Shown here: positions 9,428-18,069 of the stretch, in pieces | How the letters are laid out: every line of letters starts with the position of its first letter | How positions within the stretch are numbered: position 1 is the stretch's first letter | Assembly: GCA_965205975.1 (NCBI GenBank) | Contig: OZ242195.1 | Coordinates: 2,976,001-3,040,000 of the forward strand | Direction: 5' to 3' | DNA length: 64,000 nt | Source of the DNA: Candidatus Latescibacterota bacterium | GTDB lineage: Bacteria > Latescibacterota > UBA2968 | Notes under the pieces: model-generated | Told to the model about the DNA's origin: nothing | Seen by the model: the letters and a program-made list of their open reading frames with translations, nothing else | The model's database searches: none | Made by a program: the position numbers and the translations under genes

Positions 9428-10879
9428 TCAATCGGCTTTCTCTCCCACATCCACATTCAAAGCACCGCGCGCGCGCAACATCTGCCCGCCAAAGCCGAAA
9501 ATACCAGCCGTCAACAGGGCGGAACCAATCACGAGGAACCAGTACATACCCTCAATACTATTGGCGACAGCCAATGTGCAAAAGAAGGCGGCAAAAAAAT
9601 CGCGGCGACTCACAAATTTGAGCGACATACAAAAACGGTGAAACCACCCGCGTTCACTCTCGGGAACATCGCTTGAAAACGCCATATTAAAACTCACAAT
9701 ACTGCCGGACCCCACCACTTTCATATACAGAAAAATCAGCAACACCCCCAACACATCGAGAAAAACCATCACACCGCCCAGCAGGGGATAAAATGCCTCA
9801 CCAGTATATTCATACATCCCGGCGAGCACTGCGACAAAAAACACGAGATAGGACATATTATCCGCCAGGGTATCAACCCACTCACCCATGCGAGAACCCA
9901 TAAATTTTAATTTCGCAATCTCGCCATCGCACCCATCTACAATAGACGCAAACTGAAACAACAGCCCGCCCAGTGCCAGATGCAAATAACTCGCACTCGC
10001 ACTCCCCTTAAAAACCAGCCATGCCGACAAAAAACTCAACAACATCGTCGCAATCGACAACTGATTTGGCGTAACAGGTGTATGCACGAGCAGGCGAGAA
10101 ATGCGCGTGGAGACTTTGCGATTGAAATAGCGCGACACAAAGCCATCGGTCGGCTTACCGAGCCTGCGAAACAGCTCCTGCCCCGCGTGAACATGTGCCT
10201 CGGGCGTATCCACATCGAGCCAAAACGCGCCATCGATATCCGCAGTCCGCATACTGCCTCTCTCAGCCAAAACGCGAATCCCCCCCGACAATGACCCCTC
10301 GCCCTCTGCTATAGACCGTTCCAGCGCGCCAAACAAAAATGGACTACACAGAAAAATCCCGGTATCCACCGCATTGAAATCGGCCAATTCTTTCCCAATT
10401 TTGACCACGCGACGGTTCTGTGTCATCACCTTCGTGGCATCTTCCATATCAAAAATGCCATTGATATCTGTATCGACACACAGCACGGCTTCATCCTGCC
10501 CAACCGGCATACGGCGCAACTTGACCAGTATCTCGGGATCAAACAGATGATCGGACATCAAAAGAATAAACGGCTCATCGACATATTCCCTAGCACTCAA
10601 TACCGACACCCCATTGCCGCGCGCCCATTCCTTATTTTGAACCCAGTCAATCGCCACATCCGAAAGCTGCGGATCATCGGCAAGCGCGTGCATAATCTCG
10701 TGGCACCGATATCCAACCACAACCACAAACTCTGAAATGCCCGCGCGCATAGCCGACAAAATCGTGCGCTTGAGCAATGGCACACCGGCCAGAGGCACGA
10801 GAGGCTTGGGCAGATCCGCCCCATAACCTCTCAACCGACTGCCCATACCGGCGGCAATAATTACAGCTTTATTCACCAT
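9428..10879 (-). CDS. Bifunctional NTP transferase / CDP-alcohol phosphotransferase (IPCT/DIPPS-like)
   Basis: AVIIAAGMGSRL..PKPL, MSDH, DTGIF, WLDVDTPE; C-terminal DGCDGEIAK..SRMGEWVDTLAD. Start moved to MVNKAV to avoid overlap with tolC. Confidence 0.9.
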   Translation of the reverse strand: MVNKAVIIAAGMGSRLRGYGADLPKPLVPLAGVPLLKRTILSAMRAGISEFVVVVGYRCHEIMHALADDPQLSDVAIDWVQNKEWARGNGVSVLSAREYVDEPFILLMSDHLFDPEILVKLRRMPVGQDEAVLCVDTDINGIFDMEDATKVMTQNRRVVKIGKELADFNAVDTGIFLCSPFLFGALERSIAEGEGSLSGGIRVLAERGSMRTADIDGAFWLDVDTPEAHVHAGQELFRRLGKPTDGFVSRYFNRKVSTRISRLLVHTPVTPNQLSIATMLLSFLSAWLVFKGSASASYLHLALGGLLFQFASIVDGCDGEIAKLKFMGSRMGEWVDTLADNMSYLVFFVAVLAGMYEYTGEAFYPLLGGVMVFLDVLGVLLIFLYMKVVGSGSIVSFNMAFSSDVPESERGWFHRFCMSLKFVSRRDFFAAFFCTLAVANSIEGMYWFLVIGSALLTAGIFGFGGQMLRARGALNVDVGEKAD

Positions 10880-10913
10880 AACTTCTGCAACCTTTCGCAA
10901 TATCCCGAGCGAT

Positions 10914-12269
10914 TTACAAAAAACTGCGCCCAACAGCCCGTTGTAATTTTGCCCAGGATCGGTTAAAATTGAACACTGCTTCGTAATATTTGGCGCGAAT
11001 AATGCCATACTCTTTTGCGGCATCTATCATATCTGACGCCTCTTCAAGCCCGGCATTAAACCCATCGCGAACCGATATAAACCACCGGCGGGTCGCCCGC
11101 CGCGCCGTGCTGGCAGCCGCCATATTCTTCTGTGCCTCGATCAACTCGCGGTAAATCTTCTCAATTTCAATTGCCACGCCCTTCTCGGCCAGTTGCTTCT
11201 GATACAACAACTTCTGATATTCCAAACCCGCTTTCCGCGCCTTCGCCGACGTAAGCCCAAACGACAGCGACTGCCGAACACCTATCACCGCCCCTGCTTG
11301 CAAAATATTGAAATCATCTCTGGCAAAAGGACTTAGTTGATCGTCGCGGTTCGGTGCGTAGCCATACTTAAATTGACCCGCAATAAATACCTGGGGATAC
11401 TGCTCGCCTTTTGCCACCTGCATTAGAGATTCACGCACCTGTACGACAGCCTGCAACTGCTGCATATCTTCGCGCTCCCCCGCGCGTTTGAGATAAAACT
11501 CAAGCGGCTCAATCTCCACATCAACCGGTGTTAAAGGACCAGCAAGAGTCAGCGAATCCCCATCGCTCAATCCCAAAAGCAGACGCAGGGCAGACTCGGC
11601 AAGCGCTTTTGTTTTCGCCGCCTCGTGTACTTTTTCGCGCACATCAAAGGCAAACCGATCAATGCGGTTCAGATCGGCATACGTAAAATCGCCTTCCTCT
11701 GCCTCCAGTTTCTCCGACACAAACTCGCGCGCCGTTTGAAAATCACTTTGTGCCTCCAATGCCAGTGCCCATAAATCCTGCGTCAGTTGCAGCCCAAAAT
11801 ACACCTCGGCGACCTGAAGCTCCAGATCGCCCCGCGCTTTTCGCAGCCCCGCCTGCTGAGCCGTTACCCCTGCCATAGCCGCGGCTTTGGCCCCGGATAA
11901 CTGACCAAATGTGAACAGAGGTTGCACAACTGTCGCTTCTGTACGCGTAAAAATACTCAAATGACTCAGCATGGTATTGCCAGTGAGCGCGTCACCGCGC
12001 GCCTCGGGCGAGGGACCAATAACTGACCGCAGTTCAAACTGCGGCAAAAAACGGATGGCATTGGCCTGATCTAATTGCGCCCGCGCAATATCGACATCAA
12101 CCGCTGCCGCACGCACGCCGGGATGCACGCGCAGGGCCTGTGCAATACTCGCGGACAAATCATACGTTTCGGCACGCAGAGAATGCACACAGATAAAAAT
12201 CCCCAAATAGGACACACATAGCTTTAGCATGTGTGAAAAAAAAATACATCTGTTGCAATTTAACAACAT
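10914..12269 (-). CDS. TolC family outer membrane protein
   Basis: Signal peptide, QPLFTFG, helical repeats, C-terminal LQRAVG; AAGGAG RBS. Confidence 0.88.
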   Translation of the reverse strand: MLLNCNRCIFFSHMLKLCVSYLGIFICVHSLRAETYDLSASIAQALRVHPGVRAAAVDVDIARAQLDQANAIRFLPQFELRSVIGPSPEARGDALTGNTMLSHLSIFTRTEATVVQPLFTFGQLSGAKAAAMAGVTAQQAGLRKARGDLELQVAEVYFGLQLTQDLWALALEAQSDFQTAREFVSEKLEAEEGDFTYADLNRIDRFAFDVREKVHEAAKTKALAESALRLLLGLSDGDSLTLAGPLTPVDVEIEPLEFYLKRAGEREDMQQLQAVVQVRESLMQVAKGEQYPQVFIAGQFKYGYAPNRDDQLSPFARDDFNILQAGAVIGVRQSLSFGLTSAKARKAGLEYQKLLYQKQLAEKGVAIEIEKIYRELIEAQKNMAAASTARRATRRWFISVRDGFNAGLEEASDMIDAAKEYGIIRAKYYEAVFNFNRSWAKLQRAVGRSFL

Positions 12270-12379
12270 ATCTCCTTTACACTTCGGCGAAAAACTCGGG
12301 AATATAAAAATCTATATCTATATTAAACAAATACTTAAAAAGACCATCCAAACAGGCACAAAACATCTCTCCCTATATA

Positions 12380-12395
12380 AGCGAAATCCGTGCCA
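12380..12395 (-). promoter_or_regulatory. Candidate sigma54 (-24/-12) promoter upstream of tolC
   Basis: Minus strand TGGCACGGATTTCGCT: GG-N10-GC spacing, close to consensus TGGCACGRNNNTTGCW. Confidence 0.6.
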
Positions 12396-12415
12396 TCGTA
12401 AAATATATAAAAAAA

Positions 12416-12431
12416 CCGGACAAAAGTCCGG
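12416..12431. promoter_or_regulatory. Inverted repeat, possible regulator site
   Basis: CCGGAC-AAAA-GTCCGG in an AT-rich gap, 20 nt upstream of the sigma54 motif. Confidence 0.35.
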
Positions 12432-12527
12432 ATTAGCTATACTAACGTTTTCATCCGCGAGAAGTTCCCTCCTATATACCCCACACGTAGCACAACGACG
12501 CCGTCAATCACTGATCGCTAAATATTA

Positions 12528-12571
12528 GCTTTTTACTCTGTGTTTATCGGTGTTCATCTGTGGTTGCTTTT
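12528..12571 (+). repeat. Decamer tandem-repeat element (ATCKGTGTTY)n-ATCTGTGGTTGC
   Basis: ctctgtgttt atcggtgttc atctgtggttgc; overlaps the stop codon of the flippase-like gene. Confidence 0.8.
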
Positions 12572-13510
12572 CACCGCCATCAAAACAAACCCAAAAGACA
12601 CCCAGAAAATTTTTCGGATGCGCCGGATCAAGGCAACGCCCAACCCCAATTCGGGTGTCAATCCCAACAATTGAAAAAGAAACACATGCCCACTTTCAAA
12701 AACGCCGACACCAGATGGAATAAAGAAAAACGCCGTGTTTATTATCAACGACAGGGACGTGAGCAAAAAAGCGGTCAAAAAAGATTGTGGCTGTCCCAAC
12801 AAGCTGAGAATCGCATACACTTCAAAAGTTCCCAAAACCCAACTCAGCATATGCAACGCCATACACAGCCAGAACCCCGGACGATTCTGCTTGTAAAATG
12901 CCGCTATCGTCCGATCAACTTCTTCAAACTTTTCGCGCTTCGACTCCAAAAACGAGAGACGCAACTTTTTTAAAACATCCAGCAACCACACAGACGCCCG
13001 TTGGCGCTGAGACACATAAGCCGCTACAATCCCAACCGTGCCCAACACCAGGGCAGCCCCCAATCCAATCTGCACTTCTACCGAAAGTGAAAACATCCCC
13101 ACGGCTAACCCCGTGCCAATCAGCGCGAAGACCAGGCCACTCACCAATTCAACCGTCTTATTGATCACCAGAGAGGGCACGCCCTGCGCCACAGAAACCC
13201 GATCGCGCAACATATACGCTTTGGCGACCTCACCGCCCACATGGGAAGCTGGTGTGACATTGCCAATAGCTTCTCCCGACAACTTTGTACAAAAAAGTGA
13301 CCAAAAACGTGGACGCTCGTCATCAAAACACATCGCCCATGCCCACGTATTGCTCACATGCCAGCCCAATGCAATGAGCAAAACAGGCACATAGCCCCAC
13401 CCCATCTGCCGCACTTGCGTCCAGGCGGCGATAATCCCAACCTCGTAAATCAACACCAGCAGCAGCGTTAACCCAATTCCCCAGAACATCACTCTGCGCG
13501 CAGTTTTCAT
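12554..13510 (-). CDS. Lysylphosphatidylglycerol synthase TM / flippase-like protein (UPF0104, HpnL-like)
   Basis: GEAIGNVTPASHVGGEVAKAYML, FFIPSGVGVFE, RRIRKIFW. Confidence 0.85.
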   Translation of the reverse strand: MKTARRVMFWGIGLTLLLVLIYEVGIIAAWTQVRQMGWGYVPVLLIALGWHVSNTWAWAMCFDDERPRFWSLFCTKLSGEAIGNVTPASHVGGEVAKAYMLRDRVSVAQGVPSLVINKTVELVSGLVFALIGTGLAVGMFSLSVEVQIGLGAALVLGTVGIVAAYVSQRQRASVWLLDVLKKLRLSFLESKREKFEEVDRTIAAFYKQNRPGFWLCMALHMLSWVLGTFEVYAILSLLGQPQSFLTAFLLTSLSLIINTAFFFIPSGVGVFESGHVFLFQLLGLTPELGLGVALIRRIRKIFWVSFGFVLMAVKSNHR

Positions 13511-13524
13511 TCACCATCTATCCC

Positions 13525-13556
13525 AAAAGAAACGGCGACCAAAATGCGCCGCCGTT
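13525..13556 (-). terminator. Probable intrinsic terminator
   Basis: AACGGCG...CGCCGTT stem followed by TCTTTT on the minus strand. Confidence 0.5.
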
Positions 13557-13582
13557 CGTCAATAATGCCTTCTAAAACACCG

Positions 13583-15091
13583 TCAATTAACCCGCATAAT
13601 CACGTGATAGCCCAGAGGGGTTTTGACAACCCCACTGACTTCATTGGGTTTGAGCTTCATCACTGCGGCTTCAAAATCCGGATGCAAATCGCCCTTGGAA
13701 AAAAATCCCGTACTTCCACCATTTTCTTTTGAAGGATCAATAGAATAACTCCTCGCCAAAGCGGCAAAATCTTCTCCGACTTTGAGCTTGTTCAAAATTT
13801 CCTGAGCCTCAATTTCCGTCTTCACCAGAATATGCCGCACCCGCATCTTCCCCGCCTGAATCGACTTAATAATATCCAGATTGCCCTGTGCATCGCGCAG
13901 CGTACTGGCATCCTTGCTCTCGGCCATTGCCGTTTCATACGCTCTTCGCGCCTTGTCAAAATCTCCCCGGGCCGAATAAATAAATCCCAAATTGTTGTGA
14001 ACTTCGGCATCTTTGGGATCAATCGCCAATGCCTTCTCGTAAATCACACCTGCAGAATCGACCTTCTCTTCGCCCAAATATAGCAAAGCCAACCGCTTAT
14101 AGGGCGCAATCCACCTGGGAGCACGCGAGATACAGGTCAACAACTCAGCCTTGCCCTGTGCGATATCGCCCCTGGCCACATAGACTTCTGCCAGCCGGAA
14201 TCGCACCAAATTGCCATCGGGCGCGCGTTCCAAAATGCCCAGCATCTCGCCAATACTGGCATCAAAATTACCCCTGGCCGCGTACAACTGTGCAAGTGCA
14301 TCGCGCACCTCGAGATCATCCGGAGCGAGATCGCGCACCTTTTCCCAGGCCGTCTGTGCGATATCTAAAGAATCTACTTCTGCACTCATAAAACCGAGCG
14401 CACGATACACAGATGGATCTTCTGGCGCAGCAGCGACAGCCTGTCGATATGCCGCAAAAGCCTTCTGAGTCATCCTCAGCGCGTGAAAAACCCCACCCCG
14501 ATTGACCATCAACATCACATTGTCCGGATTGGCAGCAAGACCGCGATCCATAATGGCAATTGCACTGAGTGTATCGCCAACCGCAATATGAATCAGCGCC
14601 AGAGATTGATACGCCTCGATAAAATCGGGACGGCGTTTGAGCGCGGCTTCAAAATTGGCAATAGCTTCTCCGGGCTTGCCCAGATCGCTATTGAGAGATG
14701 CGCGTTCTGCCAGAAGCAAAGCGGGTTCATCGCTTTGCCCAATCCCCTGATCAAGCACAGAAAGAGCCTGGGAAAATTTGCCCTGCCGAACGAACACCAG
14801 CGCCAGATCGCGATATCCGCGAACAGAACTCGGTTTTATCTCCACCACCTTTTGAAAAGCGGCCACCGCAGCGTCCAATTGCCCGGCCTCTGCGTAAAGC
14901 GTCCCCAAAAAACCGTGCGCTGCCACACTATCGGCATGTGCATCGACAAAAGCGCGTGCCACCGCGAGCGCCTCGTCAATTTTACCCTCGCTATAATGCG
15001 CCTCAATCTCTTTCAAAAAATCCCGCGCATCCACAACTGGAGCCTGAAAAAATATCATACCCCATACAAAACACAGCATCCACCGTTTCAA
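13583..15091 (-). CDS. Exported TPR protein with C-terminal parvulin PPIase domain
   Basis: Signal peptide, many TPRs, VRHILVK...GEDFAALARSYSIDPSKENGG...KTPLGYHVI; TTG start with GGAGG. Confidence 0.9.
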   Translation of the reverse strand: MKRWMLCFVWGMIFFQAPVVDARDFLKEIEAHYSEGKIDEALAVARAFVDAHADSVAAHGFLGTLYAEAGQLDAAVAAFQKVVEIKPSSVRGYRDLALVFVRQGKFSQALSVLDQGIGQSDEPALLLAERASLNSDLGKPGEAIANFEAALKRRPDFIEAYQSLALIHIAVGDTLSAIAIMDRGLAANPDNVMLMVNRGGVFHALRMTQKAFAAYRQAVAAAPEDPSVYRALGFMSAEVDSLDIAQTAWEKVRDLAPDDLEVRDALAQLYAARGNFDASIGEMLGILERAPDGNLVRFRLAEVYVARGDIAQGKAELLTCISRAPRWIAPYKRLALLYLGEEKVDSAGVIYEKALAIDPKDAEVHNNLGFIYSARGDFDKARRAYETAMAESKDASTLRDAQGNLDIIKSIQAGKMRVRHILVKTEIEAQEILNKLKVGEDFAALARSYSIDPSKENGGSTGFFSKGDLHPDFEAAVMKLKPNEVSGVVKTPLGYHVIMRVN

Positions 15092-15107
15092 AATTCAACC
15101 TCCATCC

Positions 15108-15136
15108 TTGACAACATCAACACAACACAATATACT
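15108..15136 (+). promoter_or_regulatory. Near-consensus sigma70 promoter, probably leaderless transcript
   Basis: TTGACA-N17-TATACT; ATG at 15145 is 8 nt downstream and has no SD. Confidence 0.7.
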
Positions 15137-15144
15137 CACATTTC

Positions 15145-15705
15145 ATGAACTCTTTAAAACAAAACGCCGTACCACTCATAGCCTTTCTAATCGCAGGAAG
15201 CACAGCGATACTCGCTTACGACCACTTGCACTATGTGATTCCCTATGTGGTCTTCAAGTATCCCATCGCCATTGTCGTGCTCTACGCTTTTTTTCAGCTC
15301 ATCGCTTATGCAGAGCGTAGGCGCAGTGCCCAACTCGACGAAGTGGGCCTGCTTCGGCCTCTGCGCGACGGCGCATTCCTCGTATGCCTGCACGCACACC
15401 TGCGCGACCTCGGCATAGACCTGAACCTTTTATCATCGGCATCCAGCATGCACCTCGCCCTGTTGTCCTGGGCGGTCGCCCTCATCGGATATTATGCCAT
15501 TGAGCAACCCGGAGGATTACCTGGCCGTTTAATCAATATCCTGTCCTCTTCTACCACGCGCATCACAATCTGCCGCGGACTCATCATCTCGGGACTGATA
15601 GGGGTAATCGGCACATTCGCGGCAATTGTGCAACCCCTCTGGCTCGGCCTCCCCCTGCTTCTGGTATTCATTCGCGTCTATCTGCGATCCGGAGACGGAT
15701 CGTGA
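15145..15705 (+). CDS. Hypothetical membrane protein
   Basis: Several hydrophobic segments; stop overlaps the next start (GTGA). Confidence 0.7.
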   Translation: MNSLKQNAVPLIAFLIAGSTAILAYDHLHYVIPYVVFKYPIAIVVLYAFFQLIAYAERRRSAQLDEVGLLRPLRDGAFLVCLHAHLRDLGIDLNLLSSASSMHLALLSWAVALIGYYAIEQPGGLPGRLINILSSSTTRITICRGLIISGLIGVIGTFAAIVQPLWLGLPLLLVFIRVYLRSGDGS

Positions 15706-16586
15706 ACGTAGAAAATGAACGCCTCAACACCCGCGCCGCCCTGCTCAACCTCTTGACGGCAATCCTCTGGGGTGGCAATTCCGTATCCATCAAAATGGGG
15801 CTATCTGGTATTCCACCGCTTTGCCTGGCTGGCATGCGTTTTTTTCTCGGCGGACTCGTCGTCTATATCTGGACGCTTCCGCTGAAACTCGACCTGAAAC
15901 TCAAATCCAACGAGCGACGAGGCATTGTTGGCCTCATTTTTATTTTTCTGACACAAATCTACCTGCTCAATGCGGGAACCGATTACACCCTCGCCAGCCG
16001 CTCGACCATCTTTATCTCTGCCTATCCCTTCTTCACCGCCTCGTTTGCACACATCTTTATACCGGGTGACAAAATCAGCACGCGCAAAATGATCGGCATG
16101 GTATTGTCTTTTCTCGGCGTAATACTCATCTTTGCCGAAAGCCTATCACTCGGCGAACTTCAACATCTTTTGGGCGACATCCTCGTACTCGCAAGTGCCG
16201 CTCTCCTCGGCGCTCGCCAGGTTTATCTCAAGCGCCTCGTCCAGAACATACACCCCGGAAAAGTCTTGATCTGGCAATCCGCACCCAGCGTACCCATCTT
16301 TTTTTTACTCAGTACACTATTTGAAACACAGGCCATTCAACTCGATATCCGCGTCCTGAGTGCCATTCTCTATCAGGGGCTCGTCGTCGCGGGATTCTGC
16401 TTTATCCTTCTCACCAGCCTGCTGAAACGCTATTCGGCCAGCCGCCTCTCTGTATTTGGATTCATCACCCCAATTGTCGGCGTCGTCGTCAGCAACCTCC
16501 TCCTCGGCGACCCCATCTCACCCATCCTCCTCCTCAGCCTCGCGCTCGTGGGCATCGGCATCACCATTGTCAACACATCGCAGTGA
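15702..16586 (+). CDS. DMT/EamA family transporter
   Basis: About 10 TMs; LWGGN..SIK, GMRF, SAYPFFT, FITPIVGV. Confidence 0.9.
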   Translation: MNVENERLNTRAALLNLLTAILWGGNSVSIKMGLSGIPPLCLAGMRFFLGGLVVYIWTLPLKLDLKLKSNERRGIVGLIFIFLTQIYLLNAGTDYTLASRSTIFISAYPFFTASFAHIFIPGDKISTRKMIGMVLSFLGVILIFAESLSLGELQHLLGDILVLASAALLGARQVYLKRLVQNIHPGKVLIWQSAPSVPIFFLLSTLFETQAIQLDIRVLSAILYQGLVVAGFCFILLTSLLKRYSASRLSVFGFITPIVGVVVSNLLLGDPISPILLLSLALVGIGITIVNTSQ

Positions 16587-16676
16587 AGCCCCTCTCAAAA
16601 CGCACAGCCTATCAATCTATGCGGTCTCATTATACGCCGCAAGAAAAAACTGGTTTTAGAATCCAATGTACGCACT

Positions 16677-18056
16677 TTACCCGAGCCGAATATCGGGCAA
16701 CTCAAAATCATCGCCCGTGTCTTCAATCCACTGTGCAAGGCGCGCGTGGCACCGTTCCTTCTCCTTCTGAAACGCCCTGTTATAGACGTAATTCGCCTGT
16801 TCGTAGGGATCATCCGCCGTATTGAAAAGCAACCAATCATTACCCGGCGTACAGGCGTATTTCCACCCATCTCGCATCACCACAGCCCGCCACGCCTTAT
16901 TCACAGTATGCGAATGCATCTTTCGGGGAATCTGCTGTAAATACGCCGAATCGGGTTCAGAACCTCTATCCGGTTTTCCCTTAAACTCAGCGGCATTACT
17001 GGAAATACAGTGCCCCGAATAATCGTGTCCGACCATATCCTCGGGAACGGGAATACCGCAAAGCCCCAGCGTCGTAGGCGCAATATCGACGTGATTGATC
17101 ACCGCATCAGTAGATCCCGTATTCATATTAGCACCACCCCCCACCTTACCGATAATAAACGGAATGCGGACCGACTCTTCCCACGGCGATGATTTGCCCG
17201 TCTGCGCGTGGCTCCACAGCATATCGCCGTGATCGGAAAAGAAAATCAGGTATGTCTCCCGATCAACACCCATATCTTTGAGCGCCATGCGAATCCGTCC
17301 CACATTGTAATCCAGATTCTCCACCATCGCGTAATAACCCGCATGATCCAGGGCTGCCCGCTCGCGGATCTGGGGAACAACCGGCACATTGCGCCGAAGC
17401 TGAATATCCGACGGATGAATCCGGGGCGCACCGCCATCTGGATTGGTGGGCGGCACAAAGGGATTGTGGGGCGGCTGCACCGAAAGCACGGCAAAAAACG
17501 GCTGATAGTCTTCTTCATCACCCACATGATCCGCGAGATGGTCTAAAAACAAAGACGTCAGGCTATCCGTTTCGTACCCTTCCAGACGCCGGGGCGTTTC
17601 GCCCTCCGAACCATAAACATAGCACTCGTTCTGATTGTTATTATTCTCATACCCCATCCAGTACTGAAAATTCCCCCTGCGCTCGGGAGGAACACAGTTC
17701 TCCCGCGCATTAGACCCGTCCAAATGCCACTTGCCCACATAAGCTGTGTGATATCCCGCATCATTAAACGGCATAGCAATGGTCGGAATCGCCGGATCCA
17801 GTGGAGACGGCGTCTGCGTCACGCCATTTTGATGCGGATAAGTACCCGTCATTAGCGCACCCCGAAAAGGCGAGCACCACGGCGCACCGGAAACCGCGCA
17901 GTCAAAACGCATACCCTCTCGCGCGAGATTGTCGATATTCGGCGTAAACACATTGGGATCGCCCCGATAGCTCAATGCATGCGCGCGGTGTTGATCCCCA
18001 AAAACCCAGATTACATTCGGTTTGCGTACAGGGCGAAACGAAAATTGTTTACTCAT
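16677..18056 (-). CDS. Cys-type sulfatase
   Basis: PNVIWVFGDQHR, CSPFR (CxPxR), GKWH, SDHG. Confidence 0.92.
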   Translation of the reverse strand: MSKQFSFRPVRKPNVIWVFGDQHRAHALSYRGDPNVFTPNIDNLAREGMRFDCAVSGAPWCSPFRGALMTGTYPHQNGVTQTPSPLDPAIPTIAMPFNDAGYHTAYVGKWHLDGSNARENCVPPERRGNFQYWMGYENNNNQNECYVYGSEGETPRRLEGYETDSLTSLFLDHLADHVGDEEDYQPFFAVLSVQPPHNPFVPPTNPDGGAPRIHPSDIQLRRNVPVVPQIRERAALDHAGYYAMVENLDYNVGRIRMALKDMGVDRETYLIFFSDHGDMLWSHAQTGKSSPWEESVRIPFIIGKVGGGANMNTGSTDAVINHVDIAPTTLGLCGIPVPEDMVGHDYSGHCISSNAAEFKGKPDRGSEPDSAYLQQIPRKMHSHTVNKAWRAVVMRDGWKYACTPGNDWLLFNTADDPYEQANYVYNRAFQKEKERCHARLAQWIEDTGDDFELPDIRLG

Positions 18057-18069
18057 CGTAAAAACCTTT

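Noticed and set aside
9880..11023. Extended N-termini in the ORF track (11023, also 22664, 30396, 31784, 32323, 38907, 46001)
   Set aside because: They overlap neighbouring genes or repeats; downstream starts match family N-termini and mostly have SD sequences.
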